DNA of 64,000 nt, from the NCBI RefSeq assembly GCF_009914755.1, contig NC_060932.1; one strand, given 5' to 3'. The translations under genes and the position numbers were made by a program. The notes below the pieces were generated by a model. The model searched no databases, was not told where the DNA came from, and worked only from the letters and a program-made list of their open reading frames with translations. This document shows positions 56,246 through 64,000 of the stretch, piece by piece. This DNA is from the human T2T-CHM13v2.0 reference genome, Homo sapiens. Position 1 is the stretch's first letter, and every line of letters begins with the position of its first letter.

Positions 56246-58725
56246 CATGGCAGATTATATTTTCCAAAATGGCTACAATAGCATCTCCCATCCACAGGCT
56301 ATTCTTCAATAACTTTGATACTTCTTCCAACAAGAGAAGGTCTATATTCCCTCTCCTTAAATATGGGCAGGTTTGTGACCATATCAGAAAGATGTTAAGG
56401 CTCTATTATTTGTAGAGCTATATCTTAACAGGTGTTATAATTTCTCCCTGATTCTCTTTGGAGTTTATTCTTGGAACCCAGCCACAAAGCCCAGGCAGCC
56501 AAAGGAAGAGGCTGCATGTAAATGGTCAGGCTGACATTCCCAGCTAAGGTCCCAGACAACAGCCAGCATCAACTACCAGACATACAAGTAAACATATCTT
56601 CAGATGAGTCTATACTTGAGTCATCAATTCATCCTCAGTCTTCAAGCATCCCCAACTGAGGTCCCAGACATCATGGAACCAAAACAAGATATCTCTACTG
56701 GCATGTCTAGAATTCCTGATGCACAGAATCCGCAAACTAACAAAATATTTGCTCTCATATGCCAGTAAGTTTGGGGTAGTTTGTGGTAAATCAATAGTAT
56801 CTGAAATAGGTTTTGATACCTATTTCAGTATCAAAAAAGAAAAAAAGTATGCTGCCATAGTAAAACCTAAAACATTTAGCATTGACTTGGTGTTGGTTGA
56901 TTGGTGGAAACCTATAAGGCTTTGAGGGGGCTGTTGGTGAAGTATTAAAGGAACATTTTTTTTTTCAATGTTATTGAAAGCTGGAGAAGAGGACACCCTT
57001 GCTAGTAGAGGCAGAAAGTTTAGCAACACTGTCACTTGCAGTAACGTAGAAAGTAGGGTTGTATCTAATAAACTCAGTGAACTAGATTAGGAGATTTCTA
57101 GTCACAATATTGAAAATGACAGCCGGCTTCTTCTTGTATCCTACAAAAAAATGTGAGGAAAGAAATCAGTTAAGGAATGGAGTGTTGAATATAAAGAAGA
57201 CAGGACTTAGTGGGTTCAAACATAAAACTGTTTTCCATTCTCAGCCTCTTGAGTGGCAAACAATTATTAAATTAACAAAGGATTTCAGGCCAAAAGTCAA
57301 ATCTAGGCTGGGACACTAAGAACCTTTGTTTGAACCTTGTAGCATCTTTCCAATGAGCAAAAGTTCTGAAGATCTGAAGGGCATACTTCAGAGACATTCT
57401 CCATTAAACAATGTGGTTTCTAACAACTACAAGGGTATTGTCCCACAGTAGTCTCACAGAGAGCCTGAGGTAGAAAAGACTTACTGCCAAGAGTTTTGTG
57501 GCATGGGTTTTAAGCAATGGAGGGGTTTATAAATAGATACATAGGAAATCTGCAAAGATTTTTTTTTAATTATATCAGCTTTGATTTTAAAAGACAAAGA
57601 GCAGAACAGAAACAGGAGTTCTTCTTTGATCCTTAAAGTACTACAAGTAAAGAAACCAGCTGAGAAAACTACTCAGTGGCAAATACTAGCAGTTTCTTAT
57701 GGAAAAAGAAAGATAACTCAGAGAATAGAAGCAAAAGCCAAGAGAAAACTCCCAGGCAGTAGGACTGAGCCCTAATTAAGGAACTGACAACATACGTCCA
57801 GCTCAATTTCAAAATTGCTATGGACTAGTGATAATAGCTGGGAAATCAGTGTGTTTCCTATTTTTTCTCTTTCTAAATGGGAGCGCTATTACAGTTAGTC
57901 AAGGCCTATCCCACATTGTATATTTGATGGGTAAGGGGGAAGGCAGATAACTTGTCTCTTTAGTTCACTGGTCTTTAGAGAAACTGCATCAGAGGAGCTA
58001 CGTGAAGAGTTTCATCACGCTGGACTTGATGTAAGTGATAAGATCCTGGATTTCAAGCTGATGCCATTTTGAGATGAGACTTGGGCTCTTGGAGAAGGGG
58101 ATGTGTGTATTTTGCATGTGAGAGGTATGTGAACTATTGTGGCCAAAGGGTAGACTGTGGCAGATTGTATTTTCTAATCCCATTACGATCTTCTTACAAT
58201 ATGACTTTGGGACTCCTCACATGAAAAGTGGGGTTTACATCCCCTCCCCTTGAGTCTGGGGTGCAAGTCTGGCTTGGAATTCTGGCAGAAATGACACTGT
58301 GTGACTTCCGACCTGTGTGGTTAGATTTTTTAAAGCTATACAGCTTCTGCCTGGTTCTTTTTGGGATTCTCACTCTTAAAACTTAGTCAAAAGAAAAAAA
58401 AAAAAACTCAGAAACCATGCAGTGAGGAAATTCAATAAGTCACATGGAGAGGCCACATGTGGGTGTTTTGTCTAATGGCCCAAACTAAGGTCCCAGTTGA
58501 CAGCCATTATCACCACCAGACATGTGAGTAAGTTAGCCCTCCAGTCCTCAGCTGTTGCGTCACCCCAGCCTTTCAGTGTGCCCAGCTGAGATCCAGACAT
58601 CATGGAACAAGATGTTCCATTTTATGGATACATAGCCCACCAAAACCCATGAGTATAATAAAATTATTATTGTATTATGTCACTAAGTTTGAGGTGACTT
58701 ATTACTCAGTTATAAAAACTGAACA
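56246..58725 (+). mobile_element. MLT1F/G-like MaLR element with both LTRs and internal region
   Basis: 5' LTR 56246-56808, internal 56809-58155 ending ggccaaagggtagac, 3' LTR 58156-58725; LTRs share tggcagatt.tatttt, taaggtcccag, cccagacatcatggaac. Confidence 0.8.
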
Positions 58726-58749
58726 CCTATGAAGTATCTGTCAAGGGCA

Positions 58750-59400
58750 GAACTCAAGCCTCAGACTCTGGAGACACATCTAGATTTCAGTCTCAATTTC
58801 ATCCTTTACCAGCTCTACGACTGCAGACAAGTCCGCCAGGTAATTATTACTGTTTTGTGGTTGTTTATAAGGATTTAATGGGATAACACACATCAAGTAC
58901 AATGCAGAGCACATGACACAGTCATTGAATGCCTGTCTGCTTTGATTGTTCTTCAGATATGCCTTTATTACTATACTTACCATTGAAATTATCTGTTTAT
59001 GTGCCTGTCTCTTCCACTAGACCATAAGTGCCTTGATACTGGGAACTATATCTTGTTCATCGGAACAGATTAGTGCCTAGCCCAGTTTGCTTAGCTATTT
59101 TAAATCTCAAATAATACAACGTATACAAAGTATTTTGTAAGTGGCAATGTGTTTCCGAAGCATACAGTATAATTATAGCTAATTAACTTCGAATTTGATT
59201 CATAGCCACAGAGCACTTAATGTGTGGTAAAGCATTTTCATAAGCATCTGACATACTGTTAAAAGTGATCCTCTTAGCAGCATTAGGAAATACTATTTTC
59301 ATTTTACAAGTGAAGAAACTGAGACTCAGGTCATTTAAAGACTAGCTCAACATCACTCGTGGGGCTGAAATTCACCCACACGCACAGCATTTCCTACTGC
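58750..59400. mobile_element. MIR (+, 58750-58930), L2 3' fragment (+, 58960-59095), MIR (-, 59210-59400)
   Basis: ccactagaccataagtgccttg (L2); cattttacaagtgaagaaactgagactcag (MIR). Confidence 0.65.
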
Positions 59401-60234
59401 ACTACAGCTGACATTGCTAAGCCCTCTTGTCCCCCTCTTTCAGAGCCCAACCCTTCAAATATCCCCATCATGAACAAATTTTCATCCTTCAAAAAGGTCA
59501 GAAATTATATGGAGATCACACAGATGAATAAAGAAGACATCTATTTGTTTTCTCCAAAACCAGGCATGACAATATAGTAATAAAACTGATTTTCTCCCAA
59601 GCTTTAGAAATTCTTCCAAAATAAGAGGTACGACAATGTTTCTAATAACTTTGGAATAAATACTTAAAGGTGAAGATAAATACTTATTTCAATGCATTAC
59701 TTTATACATTTTCCATCTTCTGAGTGTTCCCTTTAACTATTATGTCTGGCCAAAAGGGAATAGGAAGCTTTAGAAAGATACTTCGCAATCCATACCAGCA
59801 GCTTCAAAGAAAGGCGGAAGGCACCAAGTAAAAGGTAAGGAAGATACTTTCAACAACTTGTTGACTCATTTCATAGTCAATGAATAGTCCTGTTATTCCC
59901 TTAAGTGATGACTCCATAAAGAAAATGATATTCAAAATATATTCTAAATTGCATTTTAGAGAGGAAAAAGGAGAGGGAGACTTCACACAATTTAAGCAAT
60001 ATTTTTTTCTTACTGTTTCCATCTTGAAAACTATTTCTATAAAAGAAAGCCTAAATTTTTTTTATTACTTTGAAGAAAAATATTATGACTAAGCATGAAA
60101 ATGCTGGATTTTAAGCTTCCAAGAAAGTAATCCCTTCTTTCAAGTAAAATGAGTTTTAATGAGAAAATTTCTGTTCATAAACTGTTAGCCCCCAGATAAT
60201 TGTGAAACGCTAGAAATAAAGTTTTAAAATATTA

Positions 60235-61471
<1,237 letters not shown>

Positions 61472-61640
61472 TGATAGTTATCTTGATCAGAATCAGAAAG
61501 CATGCCATGAGCCTACCATTTCTCTGACTCTGTTTCTGACATCCTCATGGGTAAATCCCTAAAGATGGAACACAGAGATTTCCTGGGCACTATGTCTCTT
61601 AGTAACCATGACTGCAACATGATTTAAAATAGTTTGCCCT

Positions 61641-62291
61641 GTGGAGAGGATGTGGAGAAATAGGAACACTTTTACACTGTTGGTGGGACTGTAAACTAGT
61701 TCAACCATTGTGGAAGTCAGTGTGGCGATTCCTCAGGGATCTAGAACTAGAAATACCATTTGACCCAGCCATCCCATTACTGGGTATATACCCAAATGAC
61801 TATAAATCATGCTGCTATAAAGACACATGCACACGTATGTTTATTGCGGCATTATTCACAATAGCAAAGACTTGGAACCAACCCAAATGTCCAACAATGA
61901 TAGACTGGATTAAGAAACTGTGGCACATATACACCATGGAATACTATGCAGCCATAAAAAATGAGGAGTTCATGTCCTTTGTAGGGACATGGATGAAATT
62001 GGAAACCATCATTGTCAGTAAACTATTGCAAGAACAAAAAACCAAACACCGCATATTCTCACTCATAGGTGGGAATTGAACAATGAGATCACATGGACAC
62101 AGGAAGGGGAATATCACACTCTGGGGACTGTGGTGGGGTTGGGGGAGGGGGGAGGGATAGCATTGGGAGATATACCTAATGCTAGATGACACGTTAGTGG
62201 GTGCAGCGCACCAGCATGGCACATGTATACATATGTAACTAACCTGCACAATGTGCACATGTACCCTAAAACTTAAAGTATAATTAAAAAA

Positions 62292-62339
<48 letters not shown>
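61641..62339 (+). mobile_element. Young 5'-truncated L1HS-like (ACG/A) insertion
   Basis: Near-consensus ORF2 C-terminus (61708-62079), 3'UTR ACG at 62191-62193 and A at 62276, A/(TAAA)n tail, perfect 15-bp TSD aaaatagtttgccct (61626-61640, 62340-62354). Confidence 0.93.
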
Positions 62340-62341
<2 letters not shown>

Positions 62342-63539
62342 AATAGTTTGCCCTTCACTCCTTCAGATCCTGGGGGATTTTGCATGCAGTTTGAAGTCTC
62401 TGAATAAATTACTAAACCAAGCCTCATTAAAAACAAAAACAAAGAAAAACACCTTGATGGTCTCTTTCATGGTACAAAACAAGTTTGGTTCCCAGAAGGC
62501 TGCATCTGAATGAGCATCCACCCTTGTTTTCAAGACCAACCCATATCCTGATGCTGTGGTCATTTGCTTCTTTGAATTCAGATCAACACCATAACCAGTT
62601 GTGAGACCACAAATCAAGATGCAATGCCTAGTTAGACAATTCCTGTAAACCCTCCATCTGCTTCCAACATTTAAAGTTGCAACAGATCCCACAAGGTAGC
62701 AAAACTAGATAGTTTATGCTGGACTAACTCAACAGCGCTAGAGTGTCAAAGAAACAGTAAACCACAGAGTACCTAAGAGTTGGATCCAATTTTTGGCTAC
62801 TGTCCCTTGGGAGAGTGGGGTGGGTGCATATGTGTGTACGCGTTTTGCTGTTATCCAGACCACAGTTTACTTTGGAACAGGTTCTTCTAAGAAGTTACAT
62901 GGGACACTGAGAACATCATGTATTCTCAGGTCAGCTTTTCCTGGAATACAACACAAGTAGCTTGAAATCCATCATGTAATATATTTGTCTCCCTTTCGCA
63001 AACTTTATTCAACATCCGTGAACCTGGGCACCAAAGCAGCAACATCAAGACCTGTTGTTGACATGAAAATTCCTCCTGACTCTGTCAGCTTGCTTGTAGT
63101 TCAAAGCTCTCAGAGCAAGGCTGGCCAATGCAATACAGAGAGTCACATTATGCCATTTACTTCTACTCGAACCTTCTCTTATCCTACTCATATCATTTGT
63201 GAAAAAGGCAAAAAGCCACTCTGGCTCCTTGCATACTAAACAGAAAGTTTCTCCAGAACTGCCCCTCACTAGTTAAGAAGCCAGTAGGGGACAGCTACCA
63301 GGTAGAGGAGCTAAGTAAGAGGCTTAATGGTATCCTGGAAAAACATCTGGAGTCAGATGTGGATTTCAATGTGATCCTGCCTACAAGGTACTATTTGGCT
63401 GGAGCAAATGATTTGTTTGCAGCTCAATGCCCCTTTCTTTAATTGAGCATACCATGTGCCCCATGCACCTCACAGGGTCATCGAGAGGATTTAATGAGTT
63501 AATTATGGGACAAAACTTTGAAAATGATAAAGGGCCATG

Positions 63540-63707
63540 AGTCCAGGTGCAGTGGCTCATGCCTGTAATCTTAGCACTGTAGGAGGCCAAGGTGGAAGGA
63601 TCCCTTGAGCCCAGGAGTTTGAGGTTATAGTGAGCCATGATCACGCAGCTGCACTCCAGCCTGGGCAACAGAGTGAGACCCTGTCTCTAGAATTAAAAAA
63701 AAAAAAA
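63540..63707 (+). mobile_element. FRAM/FAM-like Alu monomer (preceded by MIR ~63330-63530)
   Basis: Single monomer ...ggatcccttgagcccaggagtttgaggttatagtgagcc...ctgtctct plus A tail. Confidence 0.8.
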
Positions 63708-63939
63708 TGAATATTAGAGGTCTGATTATCGATTCCCTTATCTCCAAACCTCTCTCTGAAATCAGTTCCTCTCTGTCCTCACTCCTCACTGTCACCTTCA
63801 CTCCATGCTCCTCCAGTTGCCCTGTCATGGGAGGCAAAGCATCCCCGTGGGTACCCCCACACTCCCTCTCGGGCATTCTCGCCCACAGCTGCATATTTCA
63901 TCCCAGTGGCTGTCAACCTGGCTGTACGTTACAGGCAAT

Positions 63940-64000
63940 TTCTTTCTTTTTTTTTTTTTGAGACAGAGTTTCGTTCTTGTTGCCCAGGCTGGAGTGCAGT
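63940..64000 (-). mobile_element. Alu 3' end (continues beyond window)
   Basis: T tract then gagacagagtttcgttcttgttgcccaggctggagtgcagt. Confidence 0.9.

Noticed and set aside
59773-59840. Candidate exon ending in strong donor AAG|GTAAGG at 59834
   Set aside because: No convincing upstream polypyrimidine tract; isolated donors are common by chance.

Overview
Primate (very probably human) non-coding genomic DNA, mostly built from interspersed repeats. I can support no cellular protein-coding gene, tRNA, rRNA or CRISPR array; the recognisable listed ORFs are L1, L2, Alu or LTR read-through, and the rest match nothing I know. The centre holds two full-length, decayed LINE-1s tail-to-tail: an old L1PA16/L1PREC2-like copy on + (~20795-27754) and an L1PA6/7-like copy on - (27795-~33960) that keeps a 312-codon ORF1 frame and an intact antisense ORF0. 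Around them are many Alus, MIR/L2/L3 fossils, MaLR/ERVL/ERV1 LTRs (including an LTR-int-LTR MLT1 element), hAT/Tigger fossils and a young L1HS-like 3' insertion (61641-62339). The most unusual items read directly from the sequence are: (i) a 170-bp orphan polyadenylated insertion with a perfect 17-bp TSD whose body is neither Alu nor L1; (ii) a 55-bp insertion in an MLT2A LTR made of two inverted, locally templated copies; (iii) further template-switch scars; (iv) a ~1.7-kb foreign block splitting an L2; (v) candidate regulatory sites (RFX X-box, paired ETS sites in a CpG-retaining patch, DUX4 motifs). I found no convincing previously undescribed biological system. Subfamily names come from recalled consensus sequences and need a RepeatMasker/Dfam check; boundaries of old repeats are approximate.
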